From: Tubulanus polymorphus
Taxonomy: Eukaryota; Animalia; Nemertea
Length of the DNA stretch: 64,000 nucleotides
Direction of reading: 5' to 3'
Assembly (NCBI RefSeq): GCF_964204645.1
Contig: NC_134028.1
Span: 5,704,001 to 5,768,000 of the forward strand
Under the pieces are notes generated by a model. It saw only the letters and a list, made by a program, of their open reading frames with translations. It was not told the origin of the DNA and ran no database searches. Every line of letters starts with the position of its first letter. Position 1 is the first letter of the stretch. The translations under genes and the position numbers were made by a program. Of the stretch, positions 1-14,583 are shown in pieces.

Positions 1-2182
1 GTAATGCAGCAGTGTCAGGCGTTGAACACACTGGCATTACATGTCACATACACTTCAGACAAATAAAGGCTGATTTCAACTGATTAATTCGATCAACGAT
101 TCAGTTTAGATTGTGAATCAGCGCAAAAACCGTTCTTCAAAATAGATCAATAGCGTATACAGATGTTTGGGATAGTTTGACCCGCCGGACAGATATAGAC
201 TGCCTACTGCAATAAACTGGTTTTCACAGTGGCCCTTCTTGTCTGTAGTTCTTAAATTTTACTAACATTTTCTGCACGAGTACATGTTGAGTCGACGTTT
301 TAAGAGAAAGTTCATGAGTTTAGTCTGCAATCCGCTGATTCATGCATGTAAGTTTGTCCATTGATTTCTATCTCAATTTTATTCATATATCCAGCTGACA
401 TGTGAACGCTTTCATCTTCCGCAATGACGCTGTTAAGATCTAATACATTTTCCATCAATTTTCTCGACTTATCTACCTCATACATATTATAGTAAACTCC
501 TCTTTACTGGATAGAATTTTACCGAGATTGTCATTGAATTACTAAAGCTTCTGTTGAGAGAAGAGAATTATTTCTCCATTGATTTGACCAGTTATTAGTG
601 GACTCAAATCTACTAGGGGGTTATATCTTCTCTGAAAAGTTATCGCGTCCAGAACGCTTTCGCTAAATAATGAGATATAAGAAAAAATGGATGCATGTGA
701 ATTCGGATAGTTTAAGCTGCGACCACACAGGTGTTCACAGTTGTTCACACGGGTGCCAAATGAACCAGATTTGGCCCAATCAAAAATTTTGAACCAGGCC
801 CAAGTCAGATTTTTGCATGGGTCAAAATTATCGCTGTGAATTGCTACTGGTTCTGGAAGGAATCATTTATTTCACTTTGTGCATTTTTAGTATCGAGTGA
901 GTGATATATGTGTGAATGCGCTCTCTTATAAGGCACTGGCCAAATTTGACGCAGGTCTGGTGCGGGCCAAATCGTCTCCGTCTGATCGCGGTAGTAATTC
1001 TAGTAGTAAACGATATGATTTCCCCGATGTCGTGTTATTTGGGAGAGAAAACGCGATCGAACCATGAATAAATAAGTAGCCATTTTTCTCGGCGTTCGTC
1101 TCCCGTCGGAAATTAGTAGCGCACTATCCCGTACTCGCAATGTTCGCATCTTTTGCACCGTTATAGAAAGAGCTCGTTTTAGAAGACTCGACAACGCTTT
1201 CTAATCACACCGACGACGAGATGCCTTACATCAAAAACCCATTGATGTTCGAGGCTCAGTCGAGCTATCATGCAGAAATTTCCATTTACCCCGCGAAGAA
1301 AGTCGGCAATTCGTCCTCTTAAGATCATCGAAAATGTTACTTACGAAAATAGGGTTAGATCTATAGAAAATCTCAGTTGAATGAAGCTATCTGTAATTAA
1401 CAGGGTTCATAGCAGTCCGTTGAAGGCTTTGAAATGGGAATGGGTCGATTCGAGTATCAGGCATGGAATGGGCTCTAAAATCCTTAAATATAATCATTGT
1501 CATGATCCTCGAATGGCATCAGTTATCAGTTATCGTCTGTAGATCCAAGACACATGTTCACTGTAACAGCTCCTGATCTACTGATTACAAAGAATGCTTG
1601 GAAAACGTAGATTTCAGGATACCTGGCTTAACCATAACGATTACTGGTATGTTTAAGTCTTGGAATCGATAAAAAAATCGGTAAAAAACAAGTCTTTGAA
1701 AGGTCATTTATTGAGTTTGGTCATTGACACTATGAACCCTGGATTAGTATTTGAATAAAGATAATTGGATGGTTTACTAGCTTGGTTTTTGTTAGGCTTA
1801 TTTACCAGTTTGAAATATGGCAAGCTTGATATTCATCCCTTGGGAATCATCATATAGGGAACTGAAATAGTTGGTTTACTCGATCAGCTCTGTGAAGACC
1901 TGGGTGACGCGAAACATCACTCGGAATTGAAAGTAATTGATTACTTCCCAGTTATAATAAGAGCGCCGATCTCGCGATTATTCGATTTTTGCGCGGAGAT
2001 TTCCGATGACTAAGCTGATTTCTGTAAGCGGATTCGACGCCTACCTGGGTGATTGCTCCAGAGCCGGTAAAACGAATACCATAATCAAAGGAGTCAAAGT
2101 GTACGAGAATGACAAGAATGATTACTCCACAGAAAAAAACGCGTTGCAATAAATTTCAACAAATCAATGTTTGTTCAGCTGA

Positions 2183-2219
2183 CAGTCAGTCAGTCAGTCA
2201 GTCAGTCAGTCAGTCAGTC
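2183..2219 (+). repeat. (CAGT)n microsatellite, ~9 units
   Basis: Directly visible. Confidence 0.95.
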
Positions 2220-2461
2220 TATATAGGAATCCATTTTAACAAGTGATGTTATAGCATATTGCAGACTAGATTTCATACTGATTTAGTTTGGCAACATATG
2301 TCATTTTAGCATATATATATTAATATATATTACGTAGTCGTTGGACCAACTCAAAATTCGCAGTGCGTCCTGGTAGCATGTATTACGCAGATCGTAGATT
2401 TTTGTCATTAATGAATTGAAGTGGATTTATTTTTGGTCAGTTTCATGTCGAATCTGAACTC

Positions 2462-5400
2462 ATGGTTTCGTACGGAGAAACCTTGCCTCTAGTCAGCAAT
2501 GCCGCCGGCCTAGGTGGGTAGATTTTTCTCTGATTTAACGAGTACACTGAATTACGTCGAATTCTACTTCCCAAAGGTGCTGAATTTATTTCCTCGTATC
2601 AATTTCGTTCATATAAACATCGAAGCGTTTTACTGTTTGTTCAAAGTTCAGAAAAACAATTAGCCCACACACTCTGGACTCGGTGTAGAACCACTGTCAC
2701 CATTTATCTTCTGTCATTGTATCCTCATTTTTCAATTTATCCTGTGACATTTTTGTATATACATGTATATCGACAGTCATATGGTCGATCAGTTGCCAAG
2801 AACTCTATACAATGATTGTTTTGTGATATAGTTTTTCCTATGATACGTGGCAAACCTTCTATAAATGGGTGAGTATGGGTAAGAAATCCGGAGTTCTGTG
2901 TTGAAGAACTGTTTATTAATTTGCAACGTTTTTCGATACAAACTTCATGGCTACGATTAGTTATCCAGTTCGACAAAATGAAGTTTATATATGAAAAAGG
3001 AAAATGATGTTTAGAGAGCAGTATAGATATATTTATGTTTACCAAAAACATTTCTGAAAACAGTGATAGATTGTACTTGTTTTGAACTACGCTTCAAGAA
3101 TCTGACAGTGCTGCATTTCCATTTGTGGATTTGGGTTTCTTTATGATGTACAATCATGAACTCTTAAACAAATTCATTTTTATAATCCATGGTATGATCT
3201 GTTCCAAGTGTGTTCTAATCATCGAAGTGATATTTTCTGTATAATGAATTAAATGATGAATATGAACATGTCACCCGGGCTGCGGTTTCAATTCTCAACT
3301 GCCAGGCAGGCGCTCAGTGGCAGGCAGGTGACAACACTTCAACTTTGTTCTTAAAATCAGAAAAATCTATAAACAGGTGCGACTGAATATAGATTATGAA
3401 ATCAAGTGAACAACAGGGTTTAGAATTGAATAGAACACAAAACAATTATTTGTTTAAGCATTTATCGTAATCTATTTAATTTTTTTGGAATATTTTACAG
3501 GTCATGCCAACGAAGAAAAGGTGGAAGCTGGACGTTGCGAGGAGTTGCGGTCACAGTGTACGAGTTGTTGCCTAGAGTTGAAGAATATGGTGTGCAACTG
3601 CGAGCAATGTCGCGAATATATACGCAGCGCATTCACCGTGCAACACGCTCAAAAACGATTCCCGATATCAACATGGCTTCCAAAGTACAGGTACGGCTTC
3701 AATGATACTTAAAATTCTGCTAGGAAAAGATGAGTAATAACTACTGAATTGTCAAAATGCTGGCTAATTGCTAACCACCAACAACGGATCCAGATGGGAT
3801 AACAAGGAACACATGCTCCCATCGCAATTTTCCTGTGCCCCGTTTGAAAGACGGAACAGCAATTTTCTTACTAGGAAATTTTTTCCACCTGTAGGCTCAC
3901 TAATAGAGCAGAAATCCTCTGGCTAAGACTTAACTTATAATCTCTCTTTATGTCACTCAAGCGCCACAAATTACAATAAGATGCACTGAAATTTCACAAT
4001 TTTCCAGACCCTTGTTTTTTGGCCTTCCTCTGCAAAGAAACTTTCCTTTTTCAGCAAAATGCCACTTTTATTTTTGTACACCTTTCAAAGTCTGTCCCTG
4101 GATCCACCCCTAGGTAGTTCCCAGGGGCCGGTTGCATAGTCATGGTTTAGACTTAAGACCAGTCTAAGGCCAACTTAGTTCTATAGCCAATCTAACAACT
4201 TAAGACCTGTCTTAAGATTTAAGACCACTTTTGGACTTATGTCATGACTGTGCAACACTGTAGCCTAGTTTGCTTGAGACTTATAATGATGTGGCGTAAT
4301 GATTGAAAAAGCTACACGTATTTTTTGCGTGATATTTTCAGGCCGTATGATTTTCAATGCGATCTTATTGCTGGTTTAACGGTCGGGTTGATGGTAATTC
4401 CACAAGGCTTGGCGTATGCTGTCGTTGCAGAACTGCCACCTCAGGTGAGCGTCAACAGAAATAAACTCATCCAAACAGCGCGGTAATGTAATTATACGCC
4501 AGTCAGTGTCGATGGTGATAAAATGAAAGCTTTAAGCAGTCGCCAATAGACTAAGCGTATATTATCATTGATAAATTATTAGACTTTAATGTTGTACATT
4601 ACGTCTAGTAGTTTCAATATTACAATTAACTTGTTAAATACAATCCTCATCATTGATTGTCATCGATATTTCTTTTATGTGATCATTATTGTTACATGAG
4701 AAGGCATCTCCTCTCCAGGTACATGAGGCTCGTAGGGCTCAAGGTATCCCCCTAAAATATGTAAATTCTCAAATATATATATAATCGATCATGCTTTTTA
4801 CATTCATACCTATATTCATACATTATATCTGAGAAATGAACTTCATTCATTCAATAGATATTGAGATGAGAAAAAGCTTGTTGGGATTAATGCAACTCAT
4901 GAATAAATAGGGCGTGCTTCAGACTGGGAGGTCTTGGGGAGTCTCTTATGGGGCAATTGGCATGTACCGGGTACATTTAATGTGGTGATTTCTGTAGATG
5001 TGATTTCCTAATATCCAATAAATGACGTCCATTTTCTGACTATAGAACCAGGCTTATAGCCTTGTTATAATAATTTGTTTGATTTTTCAGTACGGTCTGT
5101 ATTCAGCGTTTATGGGATGTTTTATCTATTGTCTGATGGGCACGGCTAAAGATATAACACTAGGACCGACCGCCATCATGTCGCTGATGACCGCTGCTTT
5201 TGCCTCATCGCCGATTAAACAAGATCCTACGTACGCGATCGTTCTGTGTCTCATGACCGGCTGTATTCAACTGGCTATGGGTTTATTCCACTTAGGTAAC
5301 TAACTTGGTAAACAGATATTTGAGATTGGTTGACCCTTGAGGCTAGTTTTTACTTGTACCTTAGAACTTACTCAATTGTCTTTCAGTTGAATTAATCACC

Positions 5401-8400
5401 TAGGCCTGGTTTTATTGAATAATTCTAACCAAGGGGCTTACTGAATTGAAAGTTAATTGAGTAAATACCAGTCAATAAATCTGGCCCCTGGTTAACGTTG
5501 AACCTGGTTTATAAAACCAGGGTTTCATATACATGTATAATGTCAAATATACCTTAATCCATTTCATGCAGTTAAATTGATACCTGGTTTCCAAAGTAGG
5601 GCTCTGATTACTGGATGAATCGGAATATCAGTGTTGACTAATTTCAGTCGCATTTGTTTCCTATAGGTTTTCTTGTGCGATATATTTCACATCCGGTTAT
5701 AAGCAGTTTCACTTCGGCTGCCGCGATCACCATCGCTGTCGGACAATTAAAGGTTCGTTTGTATGAACAGACAAAATCTCGAATCCGGTAGAAGCGAACG
5801 TGGATTCTTGAATCTTTTATTTGCCTCTTTCAGAATCTTTTAGGACTGAAGAACATTCCGAGGGAGTTTATCGAGATGGTGGAAAAGCTTATCGAACACA
5901 TCACGGAAACTAAGTAAGGAGGAAATTTCTAGTTTATGTATCATTTTCCTATAAACATACTTCTTGGAAATCACGTTATCAATGGTTATTTGCAGTTTGT
6001 ATGATATGGCAATGGGCATGGTTTGCGTAGTCCTTTTACTTATAATGAAGGTAAGCTCTAATTAGCAATAACACATTCTCTCATAGATTATTAATGTCCG
6101 AGCGGATGGATCAAGGTGTGGAGGAGCATTAATAGCTGCGTTACTTTGTTGCAGAAAAGCCGTGATATAAAATTCGACGAGGAAAACATGAATTTGTGTC
6201 GTAAAGTGCTCAAACATTCGATATGGTTTTTATCAATAGGTACGTACAGCAGCGTAGTAGTCACACACTCAATGCCTCGTTTCACTGGTTTCTTTTATAG
6301 TAATAATAATAAGAATAATAATAGTAATAGCGATTTCATATTTTCTTAGTATAGAGCAATATCTACACAGTAATTGTTGCACATTAGATTAGAAAAAATA
6401 GATTAAAAATGCTATCATTGGTGAAAAACTCAGAAATCAAGATAACGAATAATTACTGAATAATTGTTTTAAAGACAAATAGGTTCCTTTAAAAAGATGT
6501 TTGCATGGTTTTTATCTCTGATCAAATTATATTTCGTTGAATTTTTTAGCGAGAAATGCAATAATAGTTATCGTCGCGACCCTGTTAGCGTACGGTCTGT
6601 GGCTGAGAAACTTCAGACAATTCTCTCTTACCGGTCCTCTGAAACCGGGTCTTCCTCCGTTTAAACCTCCGAGTTTCACCGTCTACAATGGAACCGGTCC
6701 TAACGCCACGGTTGTTGCGACCACTTCCAAATTATTCAGTGTAAGTTCAGTGATGTATTTCATATTGACTTGAAAGCACCAATCTCAAACAGGGTGGCCA
6801 CTTACCTGGAAATCAGGGAATTTACTTTTCTATGATAAAGTCAGGGAATAGTCGGTTGATTTTGTAAAAAAAAAGCTAAAAATCAGGGTGAAGTCAGGGG
6901 AATTTGTTGCAGATAATCAAACAGTTATTGTCTATTTTTACATATTTAGCTTAAATATGTAAAATTGACTAGATTCCTAGCAGGTATAAGTCAACTTAAT
7001 GTCAGGGAAAAAGCAAATCATATAGAAGTGGCCACCATGTAAATGGTCAATTATGCAGTCATAACTATGATGTGTCTAGAGTAACTCCTATTTTATTCAG
7101 GATATTGGTGCTGGATTTGCTGTTGTTGCGCTGCTGAGTCTGGTCGAAACTATCGCTATAGGAAAAGCATTTGGTGCGTATTCAGTTGATGTTGCAATCC
7201 AATTGCTATCTGTTAACTCCTGTTGATATCAGGTCTGATCAAAATGTACAAATTTTGCTATTTCTTGATTTCAGCTAGGAAGAATAACTATAAGATTCGA
7301 CCTAGCCAAGAACTTGTGGCTATAGGTATGTACGACATGTTACTTGAATCCATCTTCGATTTAACATTGGATTCAACTGATTTGTCTTTTATTCTTTTTC
7401 AGGAATTTCAAACATTCTCGGTTCGTTCGTTTCCTCCTATCCTGTAACTGGTAGTTTCTCGAGGTAGGTATCCAAACGAGAAGTTTTCTAAACATAGTAT
7501 CATTATGAATTGACTCACTTTGCTCTTCATGTTTTGTAGGACTGCAGTCAACTCTCAGAGTGGGGTCAGAACACCGTTTGGAGGGGTTTTCACCGGTTGG
7601 TTAATTTAATTTTTCTTTGGGACTTGATCATCGAGTATATCTTGTTTTTTAAAATATCTTACAGACCGTACACTCATTTTCAGGTGTAATCGTAATTCTG
7701 GCATTGGCATTTTTGACTCCTGCTTTCCGTTTTATTCCCAAGTCGGCGCTTGCCGCTGTAATTATAACTGCTGTGATACAGATGATAGACTTCGGAATCT
7801 GTTTGAAAATGTGGCGCGTTAAAAGTAAGTCCTCCATCCGACATTCGAATTCAATTAGTTTAATTTTGTGAAAAGGTTTTTTGAATTTTCAATTGCTCTT
7901 TGGATATATTTTATTCAGTAAATTGCATAATTATGATATATGAAATATATAGCCTATGTATGAAATCTACTGATTTTTTTCATTGAATATGATAGCCTAG
8001 CTTATATATGAAATTTACTGAATTCTTAAACATTTTTTCAGAAGTTGATCTGGTTCCGTGGTTCATCACCTTCGTCTTGTCATTTGTACTGGGCATTGAG
8101 GTTAGAAACTTGTGAAACCATATCTCTTTCATCGAGTAGAATAAACATTCAAAACTTGCAATGAACATGAAAAGAATAGTATGAAATGTTCACGGTGAAT
8201 AGAGCACACGTCAATTGTAATATTATTTTCAGTACGGAATCCTTGTGGGAATAGGTGTATCAATACTGATATTGCTGTATCCATATGGAAAATTTAGTGT
8301 TAAAGTAAGTTGAGGTCTCTATGGAAATTAAATTATTGATGTTGTAAGTTATCGGTAGGTTATGTAAAAATCAGTTACTAAGTGAGAAAGGTTTTTCATT

Positions 8401-9992
8401 GATGAACATTTACCGTTGAAATTCAGAAAACTGTACATGACGGTGTTACGGTGCTACAAATGGAAGCAGGCTACTATTATCCTGGCGTCGATCATTTTAG
8501 TCATAAATTTGCCGACGCTGTATTGACTGGTAGGTCCACTCAGGCTGTTGAGTTCGGTACTGGTAAGTGATATCTTAACAACAAGCTCTTAATTTGTCTG
8601 TAATTTTACGTGATCGCGATTTGTTTTCTGTCTAATGAACTGTACATCGACAAGTCGATTTATAGAATTTAATCAAAAATTTTTTGTTTGATTGAGAAAT
8701 GAACTGAAAATAATTGACATTCGAAATCAATGTAAATTTCTATTCAATTGATATGGGAAAAGGCAAATTACATGTATTTTGATTCTAGCTTTTATCTCGT
8801 ATAAGATGAAATGCTTGTTTGTGTGATATCATTTACGTAATTGGTGATGAAAATTATGATGTCTTTGATTTAGAAAAACGTTTGCCTCGCATGCTCAGGA
8901 TTCCTATCACCATTTTGGGAAAATGTGGTTTCTACCTGGTAAGGTTGTGTCAGTAAAGTATCCATTGCGTATGAAGATCAGGATTCTGAGCATTTGGGGC
9001 TGCCTTTACTTGTCGGTAACATACGTGTACAATGAAAATGTTGCAAGCTGATATACAAATGTCTTATATAAAATGCATATGTCTTGTACGATTAATTGAG
9101 AAATGAGTGAAATAAGAATAATTGCTATATTGGTGAAGCCTATATTTCCCTAATCTGATTTCCTATCATATTCATTAATATTTCAGCTCAGCCTCCAGTT
9201 GCTATAGTTATAGATTGTACACATGTTTCCGGTTTCGACTTTACAACAGTTGAAGTAAGTGCTATTCCATCCCTTTAGCAGTGTTATAAAACACATTGTA
9301 TTCACTAGAGAACTAAACAATGTGTTTCAGAATCCTTGTTTACTGTTTTTCTGTAAAATGTGTATTTTAGGCTATCGTAGAAATGTATGATGATTGTAAA
9401 GCTAAGAATATCATCGCAGTATTTGCCGTATTAGAGGTAGAATCAATGACATTGAAGTATTTAATGTTTATATGAATTATTATTCATAAACATAACGGTC
9501 TTTATTCCAGGACAATTTATTGGATATACTTCAAGCTCAGAAGATACCGAATTTTCACTCGGCGCCAACAGTACAAGCAGCTTATCAGCTTATCTATGGT
9601 AAATTATACACAAAAAATAGGCAACTAGAACTTACTAAATCAGAATTGATTATAGTCAGAAAATTTGTTTTGAACTGGTTGAATATTATAACCGGTCTAA
9701 TATACTGAAGATGTAAAGATTATCAAAACTAGGCAATTGATTCTTTACCAACTTGTTTTTACAGATCAGTGCATTTAGTTATTGAGATTCTGATATGACC
9801 GGACTAACGACCTCCCACCAATTCTCTCATTTTTCAGATATGAACGATCCCGAGCAACGAAACGAATTGCAAGGTTCCGTTAAACCTATTCACGAATCAG
9901 ATGCATTATTAGCGTCTTCCGATGGTGCTCCTCAAATTCACGATGGTACGAGCGGTTCTTATGGCAGTATGTCTCGAGTATCGTTGATATAA
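2462..9992 (+). CDS. SLC26A11: Sodium-independent sulfate/anion transporter, SLC26/SulP family with STAS domain (~21 exons)
   Basis: GT-AG exons give [12 protein letters not shown] (exon 3501-3690), [28 protein letters not shown] (4342-4444), [32 protein letters not shown] (5091-5295), [21 protein letters not shown] and STAS-like [14 protein letters not shown]; TAA at 9990-9992. The start is inferred: ATG 2462, with a phase-1 donor after 2513 matching the phase of exon 3501. Confidence 0.92.
4122..4256. mobile_element. ~140-bp MITE family A (GGGGCCAGTTGCA termini, internal CTTAAGAC repeats; possibly PIF/Harbinger-like)
   Basis: Near-identical to 27403-27546; degenerate copy at ~19329-19446. 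Confidence 0.8.
6790..7039. mobile_element. hAT-like MITE (CAGGGTGGCCAC termini, internal TCAGGGAA repeats)
   Basis: CAGGGTGGCCACTT...AAGTGGCCACCATG; related copies at ~24273-24506 and ~20510-20658. Confidence 0.7.
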
Positions 9993-12900
9993 AACTGACT
10001 TTTACGAAAAGATACGTTCGACATAGACTTAATCCAGTTAGTTGCAGCTGGATTTTCGACGTAATCATGATAGAATTAATTATCATGATGCATAATCAAG
10101 ATTTATTATAAACATTTATATGATAAAATGTAACGCCTCTTTAGTATATATTTTCTAATAAACGAAAGTTATTGATAATTTCGCCGCCGTCTTTATATTT
10201 GTAGCCGGACAATCTACGTCACAATTACCGACAGGTTCGGGAGATCCTACTCTCCTCGATTATACGGCGGTAGGCGACAATCACGAATTTTGTAGGTTTA
10301 GATCGGTTTTAGATTCTTTACAGTGTACGTTCACGCTACCACATTCCATGAGCCGCGTCAAAAATTTTTCAAATTTTCGTTTTACTGGTAATGATTATTT
10401 CAATATTTTATGTGGTAGCGTGAAGGCCATTCATGTCATACGATGGTTCCGGTGTATTCATTTAAAAAAGCTTTTTGTTCCTTGCGTTGATTTATTTTCG
10501 CTACTTAGCAATTTTCCCATTACATTTTCAGTTGACTCCCTCCCCCATTTTTCCTCATCCATATATGATGTTAGATTCAGCAAATGATGTAATATTGTCA
10601 ATGCATATGATGTAAAAAGCTTATCGAGGATCATGTTCTTTTTCCAGAGTTGAAAATTGTAGAGAAATGTAAATCTTTATGATCTTCAGTCCGATGATGT
10701 ATTTGGTTCCCCTCTGAATATACCTTTTGGGGTCATGTATTCATTACATGCACAGTAGGGGAAGAGGAGATCAAGTGGGGTCTTGAATATTGAATCAAAT
10801 TTCTCTTATTTGTGTAATGATTGAAAATTACATACAGTACGTGGAAAGGAGGGGTTTTTCAAATTAAGGAACTTACGTGTATGTAATTGATGGATGACCC
10901 CCTTACCCATATGTTCCTTTACCGACAGTCCTATTGATCTGCTTTGTCGCATTTACTGGTTTATATCTTAATTTGGATTTTCTTTTTGGCAAAATGCTCT
11001 TTTTGAGAAGGAGCATAAATTAATATATATTTAATATGTTAGGTGTTTAGCAAAAGAATCTTGTGTGAACACACAACAGTAAATGGAACAAGCTGCATCG
11101 AATAGCATTTTATTATTAAGTCATGATTATTCATATGTCCCTTTTTTAAGCATGTTTATTTGATGGGCAAAGTCCGCTTTTGTATCGGTGAAAGACATAC
11201 TTTGCGGTAACGAGGTAGGTATGTACCAATGGTAAAGGTAAATGGTGAAGGTTTGAGGGACGTTTTAATGATTTTTCCATTGTAATCACCTGCATATCAA
11301 AACCTGTCATTCATTCTGAATTTTATTTAGAAATACGTTTAATAACACATGAATGAAAATAGATTCAATTTTGATTCTATAATTCTGCTGATTGTTGTTA
11401 TTCTTTGTTTGATTTTAGCTGTGAATTTGTAAAATTTTGTTTGATTGGTGAACAGATGAATGAAATGGGCTGGAGCCAGAAAGAAGAACAGATTATAGAA
11501 ACTTGATACAAGTCAAGTGTCAAACAGCTGAGGAATATTGAATTCTGCTTTTCAAAAATTTTTCAAAGGTAGCAGCATTTTACAACTGAACTTTTAAGTT
11601 TATTGTTAAGATAATTATCGAAAGGTTTCGTTTTTCGAAAAATAGCAGCACTAATTTGCATAATAAGCTTTTTAAGATGATGTGAAGATTATTCAATCAT
11701 ATTATAAACTTTGGGCCTGTTTCACAAACAAGTTTAACACGAAATCTGGAATTAGTTGATGTGCCGATGCTAATTGGTACAAAACGTTTTTATTGTGAAA
11801 CCCTGAACATCCTCAAAAACTACTAGGACAACACAGTAGAAGGCTAATTTCTTTATAGCATATTGACAAATGATTCTGTTGTTGATATACGACACCAAGT
11901 TCTAGAATATATTCTAAAAATTGCTATATTACAGTGTCCGTGTACAAACATTTTTGACCAGTGTCACAATTTTTGAGCATCATACAGTAGTGGTAATCAT
12001 TAAAAAGTTCAAATCTCACTAGAAAGTGATTAGCTGTAAGACTAGAAAGTGATTAGCTGAAAGTGATTGCAGACTCTAGATTATTTAAGAACTTGGTCCC
12101 AGATGCATAATTAAACGATCAACAATGTTGATATATTTATGTTAACCGACACTGTAAATATTGTATGTGTTGGACTTTTATTCCTTTATTTATGGGGAGA
12201 ATTTTAATATTTTTTTTTCAGTTCTCGTTTCAATTTTTTTTCTAATGTGTCACAAAACGAAGTATTCTTCGAATATGTATCATGTTTATATTTGTAAATG
12301 TTGAATTAATGCCAACGAATGGTGAAAAGTGGTGTTTTGTTGAGGTTTTTTGAGTGAGTCTAGTCCTGTGCATTTAATTTCAGAATCAGATGGTCAAATC
12401 GATATTGGTGCTATCATATATACATAAAAAACTGTATAATACACACAGACGCAAATTAAATACATTATCAAATCTAGATCTTCAATATTTCACTATTTTC
12501 CCTGTGAAAACTGCTCTCATCAAAGCCTTCATTTCACTTTGTAGATGTATATCAGAATGTACAATAAAGTAATAGAAAACTTGTTGGGGTCAAATTTCGA
12601 TTTTCAATTATATAGGAACCCTGGCCCCTCTTTACCTGCGCTGAAAACTCAATACGAAGGTAGCTAAAATCTATGTAGGGTACATATATTGTAGGCCTAG
12701 GCAGATAGTTCATATATGTATTCATAACTTTCTTGATGTGAAATGCGAGTTTTCTTCATGTAGGCACCGGTATACCAGCAGTATCTATCTGTAGACGGGA
12801 CCCATCCTCTCAGACATATCAATTCTTGATCAGCAACTTTTGAAAGACAAATTTAAAGACAGTGATAATATGTCTGGAAGAATGATGGTTAGTATCAACT

Positions 12901-14583
12901 GTCTAAGGGGTAGGACCTAGCCTGCAAATTGATACTCGAACGTTAGTAGAATTATTGCTCAGTTTAAAGTGTCAAATACGTATTGTTATTCTTGAATTAT
13001 CCATTATTGATTTTATACTGTAATCACCACCTGCAATGGCTTTTACTGATAGATGTTGAATATGTAGAATATTTAGGAGGCCTATAGTATTATCGGTAGT
13101 ACATTCCGTAATTCAAATCATTCCAATATTCCACTCAAAAGAAAAAAATTATTACTTTGACCAAAAATTCATAAAGACTAGTCTTCATGAATTATTGCTT
13201 TGACGTATGGAAATAACAATAATACAGTGCAGTCTATAATCAATCGATTCTTATTCCTAACTTCATATCTGAGAGGCAATTCCCTCGAAAATCTGGTATG
13301 CTTTACTGTATTTTATACTGAACTGTTGACAATTCCACTCCTCTTTAAGGGCTTATGCCCCACTTTCCATGTCACTTTGACCATGTATGTCCACTCTTTT
13401 CCTACCTCAGTATACATTTTAACCTAATGGAATCGTAGAATTCATAATTCATTTTACCGATAAATATCTTTGAGTGGCAATGCTGTGTGAATGACTGGAC
13501 CGGACAGGGTGTCGCCCCATGGCAGAGTCTCGATACCATCAGGTTCAAATCTATGTTGAGGGAGGATGGTTCGCTTGACCATTTACTTGCTGTTGACTGT
13601 TGAAGTCATATTGAACAAATCATTCTGTTCTCTAAAAATGCTGACAAGATCATGACATGTCATTTGACATTCCTGCATCATTTCATAGATGCCTTATCTA
13701 CAAGCTACACAAATCATGAAGTTTTCACTATGTATGTCCTGTAAAGCGTAAAATGACTTAAAAATGTATTTAGCGGCATTTAATTTGTACCGTCAGTTTT
13801 TAAAGATATTTAAACCAGGTGTTAGGCCTTAGGGCATGATATGTTTGTTAATGGTATCAGAAATTGTTCGTTTTAATGCAAAAATGAAATTTTACCCAAA
13901 ACAAAGAATCGATCTTTAAGGGATTATAGATTTAAGGATATAAATAAAAAGTTGAAAATTGTTTAATTGTGCGAGTTTTTTCAATATTGAAAGGTTTTAG
14001 GCTATGGATATTTTTTTGACTCCTCTGTACCTACTTTCTCTACATCTCTGTCCCAGTAAACTAGACCAGTAAACTAGTACATGTATTGGAACCCTAATAT
14101 GAACTGAGGTTGACCTTTTTGTCAAGGATATGCAGTAGAATCCGCTTAATTCAGATCATTTGGGACCAACAAAATCTGGTTAACGGGAAATCCGGATTTA
14201 AAGTCATTTTCTTGTATATTAATAAACAAATTGACTGCAAACATTGTCTGGATAAGACCAAAATCTGGATTTTAGACCAAAATTTGACACTCATCCTCTC
14301 AGAATTTGCGAGATCCAACTAGTAGCCTTTGACATGTATCCGAGAAATGCGTTTTTTTGTCTTCTGGACCCAGGCGTTCCAATTTTCCTAGATCCGCCCC
14401 AGGATGGGTGCACTATACACTAGTTGAACATGTATACATAGCTACAGCAGATATACTCAACGAATGTACTCAAAATTGAAATTCAAGAAATCTTTATTTG
14501 CAATGAAACAATTGAGTGTGGATAAATGAAGGATATTGTGTTGTGATGGACGGACTACTGGGGTTGTTATTTCAAGAGATGTG

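Noticed and set aside
3504-3575. ATG at 3504 as the SLC26A11 start
   Set aside because: Out of frame with the transporter and stops after 23 codons.
13270-13700. Possible coding exons between SLC26A11 and IFT27 (minus strand)
   Set aside because: All frames are interrupted and I recognise no homology; at most a decayed relic.
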